A DNA stretch of 61,256 bases. It comes from Babesia bigemina. Its lineage: Eukaryota. Shown here in pieces: positions 45,801 to 57,500 of this stretch. The position numbers and the translations under genes were made by a program. The stretch covers positions 2,480,001 to 2,541,256 of the forward strand of contig NC_027216.1 of assembly GCF_000981445.1 (NCBI RefSeq), read 5' to 3'. A model generated the notes under the pieces. It had not been told where the DNA came from. It ran no database searches and was given only the letters and a program-made list of their open reading frames with translations. The stretch's first letter is position 1; every line of letters begins with the position of its first letter.

Positions 45801-46750
45801 CTTATCACATTGCCTGGGTGCTAGCTCAGCACGTTGCCTGGATGCCAGTTTAGCACTTCGCCTGGGTGCCACCTCAACACGTTGCCTGTGTGCTAGCTTA
45901 GCACTTTGCCTGGGTGCTAGGTCAACACGTTGCCTGGTTGCTAGCTCATCACTTTGCCTGGTTGCTAGCTCATCACTTTGCCTGGTTGCTAGCTTATCAC
46001 TTTGCCTGGTTGCTAGGTTAGCACGTTGCCCGGTTGCTTGCTTACCACTTAGCCTGGTTGCTAGGTCAACACGTTGCCTGTGTGCCAGCTTAGCACTTAG
46101 CCTGGGTGCTAGGTCAACACTTTGCCAGCGTGCTAGGTTAGCACTTTGCCTAGTTGCTAGCTTAGCACTTAGCCTGGTTGCTAGGTTAACACGTTGCCTG
46201 GTTGCTGGGTTAGCACTTTGCCTGGTTGCTAGCTTAGGACTTAGCCTGTGTGCTAGCTTAGCACTTTGCTTGGTTGCTAGCTTAGGACTTAGCCTGTGTG
46301 CTAGCTTAGGACTTAGCCTGGTTGCTAGCTTACCACTTTGCCTGTGTGCTAGCTTAGCACTTTGCCTGGTTGCTAGCTTAGCATTTTGCCTGGATGCTAG
46401 CTTACCACTTTGCCTGGTTGCTAGCTTACCACTTTGCCTGGTTGCTAGCTCATCACTTTGCCTGGTTGCTAGCTTACCACTTTGCCTGGTTGCTAGGTTA
46501 ACACTTTGCCTGGGTGCTAGGTTAGCACTTTGCCTGGATGCCAGTTTAGCACTTCGCCTGGGTGCCACCTCAACACGTTGCCTGTGTGCTAGCTTAGCAC
46601 TTTGCCTGGATGCCAGGTTAGCGCTTTGCCTGATTGCTAGGTTAACACGTTGCCTGGGTGCTAGCTTAGCACTTTGCCTGGTTGCCAGCTTAGCACTTTG
46701 CCTGGTTGCTAGGTTAACACTTAGCTTGTGTGCTAGGTCAACACGTTGCT
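45795..46750. repeat. 24-bp minisatellite, ~40 units
   Basis: Same unit as 37880-38300, downstream of the gene ending at 46906. Confidence 0.95.
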
Positions 46751-46905
46751 TCGTCGTCTAGTCATCACTTAATCTCAACGCTATCTAGTTCACAGGTTGC
46801 CGCTAGAGTAATTCGAGACATTAGACTACGTTTGTCGGTTAGGTGAGTAGGTGATGCTAGGTGAGATGTTACGTGAGTTGCTGTGAATTACAAGTGTGAA
46901 TACAA

Positions 46906-49900
46906 TTACGGTTGCAGGTACGATATCTTGGCAAGCCTTCCGACTTGCGCTGCAGCCAACAATGACTGCGCCGTTATCCTGTGCGATGACGGTATCCTCA
47001 GGTGTGAGCGTATGTGGAGCACATCCAGTCTGCCAACCATTACGCAAATGAGGTAGAAGAGGGACAGTGACCAGAGTGCCAGGACCATGTAAGTGAACGG
47101 TTCTCTAATGGTCCAAATGAAGTTGTCACATTCCGTGAATAGCTTTTTGAAATATTCCGATTTCAACACCCTGTCCAGCTGAGAGCAGAAATCAGAACAT
47201 GATTTAGGCGATGCCTTCTCATTCAATGTCGCCGCGTTACCAAAACAGAAACCGAACTGGTACAGTGTTGCGGATACACCCTTGCACTGAACCATCGATG
47301 GACACTTGCAATGAGGCTTGTCAGGTTGATTCTCAACTTTCTCAACCAGCCCATGCTGTCCACGCTTACATTTCTCAGCACGCAGACACGTATGACATCC
47401 CCAGTCTTGGCAGAAAATATTCTTGAACGCGTTACACAAATTGTTGAGTTGAGTCCAGAAATCCCACGGCAGGTACACAGCCCATGTAAGGTACGTGGCG
47501 GCGTGCTTATGAGCAAGGTAACTATAGCCGTCGCAGAAGAGGGATGATAGATATGGAGCGCACTGGACATCTGGAGCTCCACATGGCGTTGGTATAGACA
47601 AACTGGACAAATCAGCAAAAGCAGCAAGATGAGGCTTATCAACAACCGCAGTATGCCTACTGGCATACACGTCACGCAGCGTTTCGGTGAGTTTGTTTGG
47701 TTGCTCATACAGCTTAATAGTTTGCTTTGTGATTGATGATTCCATGCGCTGCGTGATGAGGTTTGTGGTAGGCACTTGGGTATCAATCATTCCCTTAACT
47801 AAGTATGTGACAAAACCGAAATGCTCTGGCAGCGTCTTCGGCGGAGTTGGTGACAAGCCGAGCAAGGATGCTACCAGGCCACTACCGAAGAATTCGCGAA
47901 TTATCTCACATAGGTCCGCGCCAGTCTTCGTTGACCCGGAGAAACCGCGGAATCCCATGGGCGTCAGACAAGGCATTCCCAGCCTAGAGGCGGAGGGGCA
48001 ATTACTGCATACCGATCTGCACCCTATGGAGCTGACATTATGCGGTAAGTGACCAGGCAGACAGTCGTTGAGATAGCTCATTAGAGGGGAAGTTGGTTGG
48101 CACTTTGCTTCGCACGTTGGTTGCCCCGTTGCCTGGCTCGTTGCTTTGTTGCTACAATGCGATTTGGCTGTAGGCACATCCTTGCCGTACTCACAATTGC
48201 GCCAGCCGTTATGCTCAGCCGTTACGTTGCATCGCTGGAAGATGTAGCGGAGTGCTGGCAACAGTCTGCGCAGGATGTCGAGCAACATGTCGAAGCAAGC
48301 GGCAGGGTCACTGGGATACTTCAGCTTAAACGAATTGTTGGAGTAGTCACACCCGTACGTCGTGTACTCGTCGCCAGTTCCGACGATTTTGCAGATGACA
48401 TCGTACGCCTTTGAGCAGATATGGGTGAGCGTCTTGTGCATCTTGCCGTATTGTATGTTCGCTGGGTAGGCGTCGAGGGATATGGAGTTTGGGTCAACCA
48501 ATGAGATTTGCGGTTCGTCCACTTCTTCCTCCTGTTGCGCCTCTTTAGCTTCCTTAGCTGGATCCTTTAATAGCTCGAAAAACGTTTTTCCAACCATGGC
48601 TGGATGCACGCCAGTATGCGTCAGTCCGCTGAGCCAGATCAGCATCTCGTAGACGGAACACGGTGACCTGGTAGCGTTGAAGGTAGCGAGGTGGCATACT
48701 TCATTGTACTTGTCGACGTGGTGGTAGATGCATTTTAGTAGGTCGAAGATGTTGAAGCCGTTGTCTTTCTTCTGTTGAGTCCCCTGATTCACTTCGTTTG
48801 AGTCGCAGGCTTTCAGGTGCTCCTCAATACTACTGATATTCTCAAGCTTTCTGTTAAGCAGCATATGGTTGATGTATTTACCGTTCCAATGCTTGTTCTG
48901 ACGCAATTCACCGTCCTGGGTATTCTGGTTGGCCGGCACCTTGTAGCCTCGCTGGTGGAAGTAGTCGCCGAGTGGATTGAGAGATTTGTTCCTACCGCCT
49001 TCGCCAACTTTATACATATATATGTAATCGGCTGCCAACTGTTTTACGGTGAATCTGTTCAACGTTTGTAAGTCTTCAAAAATGGTTCCCAGGATAGTCA
49101 GGCAGACCTTGGCGCAGTTGCGGCCCTCAGGGGTTAATTCTTCTTTTGGTTCCCTGGATTTAATTCCATCCTTTTCAACTTCAATTTGCTTAGTTTCAAC
49201 CAACAACCCAGCGAATTTCCCCCCCGAGTACCTGTTCACGTACGCGTGGCCGAGTTGCTGCGCGAAGTTGGAGAGGCCGGCCTTGAGGGGGGCGAGGACA
49301 GATTTAGGGGCGTCTGGTAGAGTGTCGGCGGGGAAGGCGGAAACAAGTAAATCAAGTTGACTAAGCAAATCGACAAATTTGTAGTCGTAATTCTTCTTCG
49401 CGATGTGATCAAAAAAGTCTTTCAGCTTATGGTACATTTCTTCAAGCTGCTTGTGATACTTGTTTTCCTCTTTGGCGAGAGGCTTAAACAAGCGTTCGGT
49501 TTCTTTGGCAAAATATGCGAATAGAGAACGGAAATACAACTCTACATCGGGGCAAGCATCGGATAGTTTCTTAGTGGTGTCCTGAGTCGGGAGCTTCGGC
49601 ACGCTTGCAGCAGGTGCAACTTTCTCAAGGATTTTAATATTTTCGCCGTCTTTACCATACATTTTCTTCAGCATCCCCTTCACGCCCGTCACCCTGTCCT
49701 CCGCGATTATGTCTTGCACCGCCTTCAGCTGCTGGTCGACGAGGGAGCGGAGGGCGGAGAGGTCGGCGCGGTGGGACTCGGCGAAGAGGGCGCGGACTTG
49801 GGCGGTGATAGAGTTGAAAGCATATTCAGTCGTATCATGCGTCGCCTTTTGAAAATCAGTGACGGCTTTTATGGCAGCGGAATTTCCTTGCGAAAATGCT

Positions 49901-52014
49901 TTTCTGACGGCGGTGATACATACGTTAAGAGCGTTGTTGGAGACGCCAATTTCGGATTCAATTAAATACAATTGATAGACAAGCTTGCTCTTCAACTCCT
50001 TCATTAGCCCATCCGCCGCATCACGCTTCTCGTTTATATCACCATCGGTGCCTGCCTTGTCTTTTTCTTTTTGCATGTTATGCAGTGTATTAAGAACATT
50101 TTCTTGAATTTCTTGAATCTTCAGATCAATTGATCTGATTTTCTCCAAATGTTCGGCAAGATCATTGATTCTATCTTTCACTTTCATCAATGCCTTATCA
50201 ATGCGCTTCCCGTAACTATCTGCAGTATCGCCCGTATCAATGTCCTTGCTAATGTTTTTAACCTGATTTATTGCCGCATCTATTTCTGCTGCGATGCTGG
50301 ATTTCACTGCAAGTTGTTTGGAGGCACTGTACTCTTTAACGAGCCATACAATTTCGGTGGCGGCCGCCGTGGCTTTAGCGGCAAGTTGGCTAATGAGATT
50401 TCTGACGGCGGATGTGAGCTTGCTTGTCTCATGTTTCTTCCCTTGCGTTTTATTCAGAATGTTAGCAGTTTTATATTCCGCATCAATATCCTGGACTATC
50501 TTAGAGCTTTTGAACTCCATAGATTTTGACCCAGTGGTCAGTTCTTCGGCAAAAGAATTAAAGCAATTTCTAACGTTGCTAAAATTTGAAGCGATGTCTG
50601 CAGCGTCTGCTTTGTCCACGGGATTAACGCCAGTAATGACAGTTGCGATTTTTTTGTTGACAATATTTGTGATGTGCTTTATTACTTCTTGTGTAATGTT
50701 ATTCTCTGCCTGTTGTTGAAAATATTTTCCGTTGTTTTCTTTAACATATAGATTAATATACTGAAATACCATCCCCTTATTGTCCAAGATATCTTTCACC
50801 CACTGTTGCGCCCTTGCTATAAATCCATCCTTACTGAGCTCCCTTGCGTACTCTTTTGCCTTCATCTCGATATGGTATAGATGACCCTTGGTTGCTGACT
50901 TGTGATAGATACGTTCAACGTGGAATGCTAGACATTTTTTCAGCCAATCCCAATTATAATCAATGCTATCCTGTTTATTTTCACTTGGGCTTTTCTGATG
51001 TCCGACTCCTTCTTTAATTTTAGCAAACTCCGTTTGAGCATTATTTATGTGATTTTGAAGGTCATTCTTCGTACGGTTTAGGTTATTATAAGCTACACTG
51101 ATTGTACGCTTAATTTCATCGAATTTCGTATATATTTCATCTCGAGTTGCTCCGTTTATATCACCCAGTTGTTCCTCCAAAAACTTATTGGCATCTGCTA
51201 CCTTCGTTTTGATACACTCCAAATAAACGCACTTCGTGTGTTCCAAAGACTGAACACATTCACGAATGTTGTGGAATTGCTGTCGTAGAACTTCTTTCAT
51301 ATGTTCGCTTCCTTCTCGAATTTTCTGCTGTAGATGTTCTTTCTGCCATTTCAACTCACCTTCAACAGCCTTCAGCTGCCTCGTCAGATCTACATTGTCA
51401 GCAACACTTTTCAAGTGCGCTGCTACATTCTGCACCGGTTTTATTTCGGCATTCAATTTATGCATTAATGCTATATCTAAATCATTAATATTATGTTGCA
51501 GTGTTTCATTAACGTGCTTCTCTATCTCGCCGGTCGCCCGGGTCCACTCCTTCAGTTGCTCTTGGAGATCCTGCGTGTCATTAATTTCCCTAATATACTT
51601 ACCTGATAAATCTTCTAGCAACGTAGACAGATCAGTTTCAACATTCAGCGTCGTACTCCAAAGGGTATTTTCATACCCCTCCAACCACTCCTTCACCGCG
51701 GCGACAGACGCCGCAAGCCCAGCACGCCCGGAGCCAATATTTTTAGTTAAGGTGTCAAGTACCTCATTAAGCTTTTTATTAGGTTTTTCAATGTAATTAT
51801 CATAAGTTGTCACTTCATTTTCGTTTTTCACCGCACCAAGCACACCACTCAAAAATCCCATCACCGCGTCACACAGCCTGTCAAGGTCAGAGTATACAAT
51901 ACCGTGGCCATCGTAGCCTTTGGAAGATGGATTGAAGCCGAGGAATTTCTCGAGGCCAGTGCAGAGGTTATTAAGGATGTTAGTAGGGTTATTATTTGAG
52001 GTTATTTCGCACAT
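46906..52014 (-). CDS. VESA-related ('ebh'-type) variant protein, 1702 aa; upstream leader (ATG 52140) cut by an in-frame TAA
   Basis: NNLCTGLEKFLGF..GYDGHGIVYSDLDRLCD, coiled coil, PCSVYEML, SPLMSYLND, YLTWAVYLP, TM, and SHRITAQSLLAAAQVGRLAKISYLQP. Confidence 0.85.
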   Translation of the reverse strand: MCEITSNNNPTNILNNLCTGLEKFLGFNPSSKGYDGHGIVYSDLDRLCDAVMGFLSGVLGAVKNENEVTTYDNYIEKPNKKLNEVLDTLTKNIGSGRAGLAASVAAVKEWLEGYENTLWSTTLNVETDLSTLLEDLSGKYIREINDTQDLQEQLKEWTRATGEIEKHVNETLQHNINDLDIALMHKLNAEIKPVQNVAAHLKSVADNVDLTRQLKAVEGELKWQKEHLQQKIREGSEHMKEVLRQQFHNIRECVQSLEHTKCVYLECIKTKVADANKFLEEQLGDINGATRDEIYTKFDEIKRTISVAYNNLNRTKNDLQNHINNAQTEFAKIKEGVGHQKSPSENKQDSIDYNWDWLKKCLAFHVERIYHKSATKGHLYHIEMKAKEYARELSKDGFIARAQQWVKDILDNKGMVFQYINLYVKENNGKYFQQQAENNITQEVIKHITNIVNKKIATVITGVNPVDKADAADIASNFSNVRNCFNSFAEELTTGSKSMEFKSSKIVQDIDAEYKTANILNKTQGKKHETSKLTSAVRNLISQLAAKATAAATEIVWLVKEYSASKQLAVKSSIAAEIDAAINQVKNISKDIDTGDTADSYGKRIDKALMKVKDRINDLAEHLEKIRSIDLKIQEIQENVLNTLHNMQKEKDKAGTDGDINEKRDAADGLMKELKSKLVYQLYLIESEIGVSNNALNVCITAVRKAFSQGNSAAIKAVTDFQKATHDTTEYAFNSITAQVRALFAESHRADLSALRSLVDQQLKAVQDIIAEDRVTGVKGMLKKMYGKDGENIKILEKVAPAASVPKLPTQDTTKKLSDACPDVELYFRSLFAYFAKETERLFKPLAKEENKYHKQLEEMYHKLKDFFDHIAKKNYDYKFVDLLSQLDLLVSAFPADTLPDAPKSVLAPLKAGLSNFAQQLGHAYVNRYSGGKFAGLLVETKQIEVEKDGIKSREPKEELTPEGRNCAKVCLTILGTIFEDLQTLNRFTVKQLAADYIYMYKVGEGGRNKSLNPLGDYFHQRGYKVPANQNTQDGELRQNKHWNGKYINHMLLNRKLENISSIEEHLKACDSNEVNQGTQQKKDNGFNIFDLLKCIYHHVDKYNEVCHLATFNATRSPCSVYEMLIWLSGLTHTGVHPAMVGKTFFELLKDPAKEAKEAQQEEEVDEPQISLVDPNSISLDAYPANIQYGKMHKTLTHICSKAYDVICKIVGTGDEYTTYGCDYSNNSFKLKYPSDPAACFDMLLDILRRLLPALRYIFQRCNVTAEHNGWRNCEYGKDVPTAKSHCSNKATSQATGQPTCEAKCQPTSPLMSYLNDCLPGHLPHNVSSIGCRSVCSNCPSASRLGMPCLTPMGFRGFSGSTKTGADLCEIIREFFGSGLVASLLGLSPTPPKTLPEHFGFVTYLVKGMIDTQVPTTNLITQRMESSITKQTIKLYEQPNKLTETLRDVYASRHTAVVDKPHLAAFADLSSLSIPTPCGAPDVQCAPYLSSLFCDGYSYLAHKHAATYLTWAVYLPWDFWTQLNNLCNAFKNIFCQDWGCHTCLRAEKCKRGQHGLVEKVENQPDKPHCKCPSMVQCKGVSATLYQFGFCFGNAATLNEKASPKSCSDFCSQLDRVLKSEYFKKLFTECDNFIWTIREPFTYMVLALWSLSLFYLICVMVGRLDVLHIRSHLRIPSSHRITAQSLLAAAQVGRLAKISYLQP

Positions 52015-52164
52015 TTAATTTTCACCAAATTTCTTGCCAAGCTCCCTAGGCGGCACATGGTCAGGGCAGTGGCAAGAGGTGGAAGAAGGCAAGTGAAGGG
52101 TGACAAGGCACAAGTTATTGTGATGGTATATAAAGGTCATAGCGGTATTATGGCGGGGTGATTT

Positions 52165-52775
52165 GAGCGATGTGGAGTGGGTTAAGGAGCGATGTGGAGT
52201 GGGTAAAGGAGCGATGTGGAGTGGGTAAAGGGGCGATGTAGAGTGGATAAAGGGGCGATGTGGAGTGGGTTAAGGGGCGATGTAGAGTGGGTTAAGGAGC
52301 GATGTGGAGTGGATAAAGGGGCGATGTGGAGTGGATAAAGGGGCCATGTAGAGTGGGTAGAGGAGCGATGTAGGGTGGGTTAGGGAGCGATGTCGAGTGG
52401 ATAAGGGAGCGATGTCGAGTGGACAAAGGGGCGATGTAGAGTGGGTTAAGGAGCGATTAGAGGAGGTTAAGGGGCGATGTAGAGTGGATAAAGGGGCGAT
52501 GTAGAGTGGGTTAGGGAGCGATGTGGAGTGGATAAGGGGCGATGTCGAGTGGGTAAAGGAGCGATGTAGAGTGGATAAAGGGGCGATGTAGAGTGGATAA
52601 AGGGGCGATGTAGAGTGGATAAAGGGGCGATGTAGAGTGGGTTAGGGAGCGATGTGGAGTGGATAAGGGGCGATGTCGAGTGGGTAAAGGAGCGATGTAG
52701 AGTGGATAAAGGGGCGATGTAGAGTGGATAAAGGGGCGATGTAGAGTGGGTTAAGGGGCGATGTAGAGTGGGTAA
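52165..52775. repeat. G-rich 22-23 bp satellite GCGATGTAGAGTGGGTTAAGGG, ~27 units
   Basis: Visible array immediately 5' of the minus-strand gene leader. Confidence 0.95.
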
Positions 52776-52789
52776 TAATCACCACTTAG

Positions 52790-53118
52790 GTCACCATGTC
52801 ATCGCTGCCGTGACCATGTCATCGCTGCCGTGACCATGTCATCGCTGCCGTGTCCATGTCACCGCTGCCGTAACCATATCATCGCTGCCGTGTCCATGTC
52901 ATCGCTGCCGTAAGCATGTCATCGCTGCCGTGACCATGTCATCGCTGCCGTGTCCATGTCATCGCTGCCGTGTCCATGTCATCGCTGCCGTAACCATGAC
53001 ATCGCTGCCGTAACCATGTCATCGCTGCCGTAACCATGTCATCACTGCCGTGACCATGTCATCGCTGCCGTGTCCATGTCATCGCTGCCGTGACCATGTC
53101 ACCGCTGCCGTAACCATC
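52790..53118. repeat. 20-bp minisatellite, second copy
   Basis: Nearly the same order of unit variants as 42471-42792 (offset 10326). Confidence 0.95.
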
Positions 53119-53295
53119 AACTTGGTCAGCACGTTGGTCAGCACATTGGTCGTGGCATTGGTCAGCGCTTTGGTCAGCACCTTGGTCATGACATTGGTCA
53201 GGTGGTTGGTCACCTCACTGCTGATGTAATTGGTCATCAATGCAATAATCACTGTCTAAAACATTAAATTCCAGCTGGCATTTAGGTTATTGTGA

Positions 53296-53802
53296 TTAGC
53301 TGCGCAGTAGATACCGCACCCTGTGGAACGGCCGGATGCGGAAGTAGATCATGACGCAGATGACGACGATGATGAGGGCGACGGCGGCGATGATGATGGG
53401 GAGGACGGCGGGGGAAGAGGAACCGGTGGTATGCTGTTGAGTGGCGGAGTTATGCTGAGCACGGGGCGGAGTTGCGGGACCGGGGGAACCGGGGGAACCG
53501 GGGGAGGAGACGGCATCAGGGGAAGAGGCGGCACTGCAGGCGGGAATTTCTCTACGTGCACATTTCTCTCTACAACATTTACATGGACATGTCTTCTCCT
53601 TGCCCCTACATTGTTTTTCACATATCAAATTATAGCAATCGTTAGTCCACTGGCCTGTAGTGCGCTTAATGTAATGTGCCTTACATGCTCTGCAACCCCC
53701 TCCATTCATACATTTTCCACAGCACCATGGACAACAATAACACCAAGTAACCATTTTACATTCCGTACCACATTCACACGCGAAGATCATCAACCCCGCC
53801 AT
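53296..53802 (-). CDS. Cys-rich small membrane protein, copy A (168 aa)
   Basis: 19 Cys in the first 81 aa, an SPG linker, TM, and tail YFRIRPFHRVRYLLRS. A single 36-nt leader intron lies at 53826-53861 (GTGAGT..ACTGAT..TGCAG). Confidence 0.8.
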   Translation of the reverse strand: MAGLMIFACECGTECKMVTWCYCCPWCCGKCMNGGGCRACKAHYIKRTTGQWTNDCYNLICEKQCRGKEKTCPCKCCREKCARREIPACSAASSPDAVSSPGSPGSPGPATPPRAQHNSATQQHTTGSSSPAVLPIIIAAVALIIVVICVMIYFRIRPFHRVRYLLRS

Positions 53803-54567
53803 CTTCCCCTCCCAGTCCCCTCAACCTGCAAGCATATCAGTCACTTAAGCAACGCACTCACCAACCACTCATGAACACGTACGTCAGCAACGCACTTATG
53901 GTCTCCCACCGGCGCTAGGTTAGCAGCAAGGTGACCGCCATTCTACGCACCGCCACTCACATCACAACTATGCAGCTATCACAACTGAAGTACAACCAAG
54001 TTAAAGCATGTTGATACCATCCTCGCCATGGCATGCAGGTCAACTTATGTTAGTTGCGCAGTCAAAGACATCCGTCACAGAACTTACAACGGTACCACTG
54101 CCTAATACTTCTATTACATTTGTGACATAATGAGTGCCTGTGTAAACAACTCTACGTGGTCAACATGTTTCTCATTTACAACGTTACCACCAAGGCCACC
54201 TAACCACGCCGTCCACTGGCCATCACATAGGGTAACCGCAGCTACATTCATTTACTTGGGACGCAGATAATGGCTATCACGCCAAACAGTCACGTTGCAT
54301 ACGACGCGCTTTCACTTATCACAGCACGCTTCATCAGCGCCCATTAAAGGCCTATCACCTAAAATCACTGCCCACTAATACCGTGGGAGTGGGCACGTTT
54401 CGGCGGTAGCTGACAACTCGACATCCCAAATCACGAATCTATCGATGCGTGATCTACACTGACTACCGAATTGCAGAGTATGCATTAGGTAATATATTTG
54501 GGCGAGTATCAGGTTAGGCGGTGGGTTGCTAGGTAGTGAGTTAGGTGAGCGGTGGTGAGGTGGTCTA

Positions 54568-57500
54568 TCAAGGCTGCAGATACGATATCTTGGCAAATTT
54601 GCCGACACGTGCAGCGGCGAGCAGTGATTGCGCGGCGATACGATGTGATGAGGGAGAGTGCAAATGCGATTTGATGTGGAGGAGGTAGAGGGAAGAGAGG
54701 AGCCAGAGGGTGAGGACAAGGTAGGAGAAGGGTTCACGGATTCTCCACAGTAACATGTCGCATTGCTTAAATAGTTCAGTGAAATAGTCGGAATTAACAA
54801 CATTGTACAGGTGACTTCGCATATTGAAGCAGTTTCTTTTTAACGATATCAAATTCTGCGCATCCCTGAATGTGAACCCATATTGGTATAACGTTGGAGA
54901 TACGCCGTTGCAATGTACAACGGAAGTACATTGGCAACCCGTTCCTTTCTCCGCTGGATTAAGCATACCATGACTCTCTCCCTTGCATATATCGGTATGC
55001 AAGCAGTTACTGCATCCCCAGTCTTCACATCTTATAGCCTTAAACGCGTCGAGTAGACTTGCAAGATATTTATGGAATGTCCACGGCAAGTAAACTGCCC
55101 ATGACAGGTACGAGTTCGATTGCTTGTTGACAAGGTAATGATAAGTGTCGCAGCTTAGGGGAGAAAGGTAGGGAACGCAATGCTCCTGACTGATGCAGGA
55201 AGTGGTAAGTGAAATGCACGACAGGTTAAGTTTATTGTTGGTACGATTCGGGCTGCGATGCTCGGTTGGTGTATTGCCATAGGCTTTACACATCGGCGTT
55301 GTCAACTCATTAGTATTTTCATACAGCTTGATGGAGCTAGCGTTAATAGAATTTGCGATGGTGTCTGCCAATGTTTTAATGCCGTCAACCTTACTCTGCT
55401 TTGAAGTATCAAGTCCCTTGGCAAGTGACACAGCAAACTGGAAGTGCTCCGGTAACGTAGTTGGCGGCCTGGGTGCGAGGGTGAATAGACACGCAATCAT
55501 ACCGTTGCCTAATATCTTTTTAATAATGCTACATAATTGTTCACCCGTTTTAATTGACCCAGAGAAGCCTCTGAATCCAAGGGGCGTTAAGCATGGCATT
55601 CCAGGCTTATTACCGGGGCACGTCTTGCATTCAGATTTACAACCGACATTCGTGAGTTGATGCGGCAAGTGACCCGGCAAACAGTCATTTAGGTAACTCA
55701 TCAACGGAGAGGTTGGCTGGCAATTTGGTTGACTGTTTGGTTGGCACTTTGACTGGCGCTTTGGTTTACACTCTGCCTGGCACGTTGCTTCATCCGTTGA
55801 TCTGTCGTTACAATGCGATTTGGTCGTAGGCACATTTTTACCGTACTGGCAGTCCGCCCAACCGAACTCCACGGCCGAATAACTACACTTGGATTCGAGG
55901 AATCGGAACACGGAGAGCAATCTACGTAACATGTCAAGTAACATTGGCAGGCAATCGTCCGCCGTCTTAGGGTAATGCAGCTTGAGGGAATTGTTTGCGT
56001 ATTCGCAGGCGTACCTGGTGTGCTCATCACCTGTGCCGGCGATTCTAGCCAACACGTCGTATGATTTGGAGCAAATTAGTTCAATCACAGCATAGATATC
56101 TTTATATGTGAACTTATGTGGATGCGCATCCAGGTAGTACGCGTTTTCATCATCGAACTCAATTTCAATTCCCGAGTCACCGCTATCTATGGCTTGCTTC
56201 TTAGGTTTATCAAGCAGCTTGGTGATGCCGCCAGGTAACGCTGAATATACGGTACTATGAGGGAGCCCTGAGAACCAGCAGAGTATTTCGTATATACTGC
56301 ACGGATGCCTTTTGGAGAATAACGTTGATAGATGACATACTTCGTTATACTCGTCGAGGTGACTGTAGAGGCATGCTATGAAATCCATGATATTAAAGTT
56401 CCATTCTTTCTCCCGTGATCTACACTGCGGAACGTGTTCTAGATTCGACATTTGTATGATCTTACCGAGAATTCCATCGATATGTTTGCCAGTGAACGTA
56501 TGTCTGCACTGCAGCTCCCCGTCCTGATGCGACTTCTGACTGGTAGGAACCCTGTAACCGCACTGCTTGAGGAACTCACCAAGAGGGTTTTCTTTATCAA
56601 TTTCATCTTTAAGATGTATAGCTTTCTTGCTCCAACTACCCTCACATCTCCTCTTCAACTCCCCGAGGTCCTCCACCCACATCGGCAGGCAGCTCATAAA
56701 CACCTTGGCGCAGCGCGTAGCGTCGGCGGTTATTTCATCTTTTTGCTCCTTATTTTGTGTCGTCCACTCCATCTTAGGATGCCCGTCATACCTATTAACA
56801 TACGCCTTTTCCATCTCCCCTACCAGCCCTTGCATCCCTGCCTTCAGCGCATCCAGGAGTTGCGGGTGGTGCGGGTTCGCGAAGCCAGCGGGGTTGAACG
56901 TGGACAGGTAGGTGGTCAGGCCGTGGAGGAGGGAGCGGAAACCGGAGTCGAAGGTGAAGGTGCGATTGTTGTCGTGGAGGTGGGTGAGGAGGGCGTGGGT
57001 GCGGGATTGGAGGTCGGCGACCAGTTGGGAGGAGGGGTTGGTTTGGGAGATGATGTAGGTAAAGAGGGGATTGAAATAGAAATCAAGATGTTTTGATAAA
57101 TCCTTCACGTTTGGATATCTCAGTGGATCAACGTACGCTTGAAGGTTAGTGCCAATAGTGTTCATCAGACCCTTGAGGCCGGTTGTCTGATTTGTGAAAA
57201 TGATGTTATCGATGATATTTTTCTGGTCGTGAACGAACTTTTTCAGCTCCTCTAACTCGGCAGTTTTGCGTTTCGCGAATTGCGTGAGGGCGGATTTTTT
57301 TAGGTTATCGATTTTATCGGTGACCTCTTCTTTAAGTTTGGCGGTGATGTCAGAGATGCATTCATTAATTTCATTTCTAATAGTTTCGCTGTAAAATATC
57401 TGCGCGGCGGCGATGACATCTGTCAGCGTGGTGGGCTTATCGAGATCGGCGTTCCTGGCGTCCCCAATGATTTTACTTTGGATGTCATCATGAATGGTCT

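Noticed and set aside
45763..46761. Long ORFs on both strands (LALCLVAS / QSAKLATR), also at 37842-38339
   Set aside because: Expected by-products of a repeat whose period is a multiple of 3.
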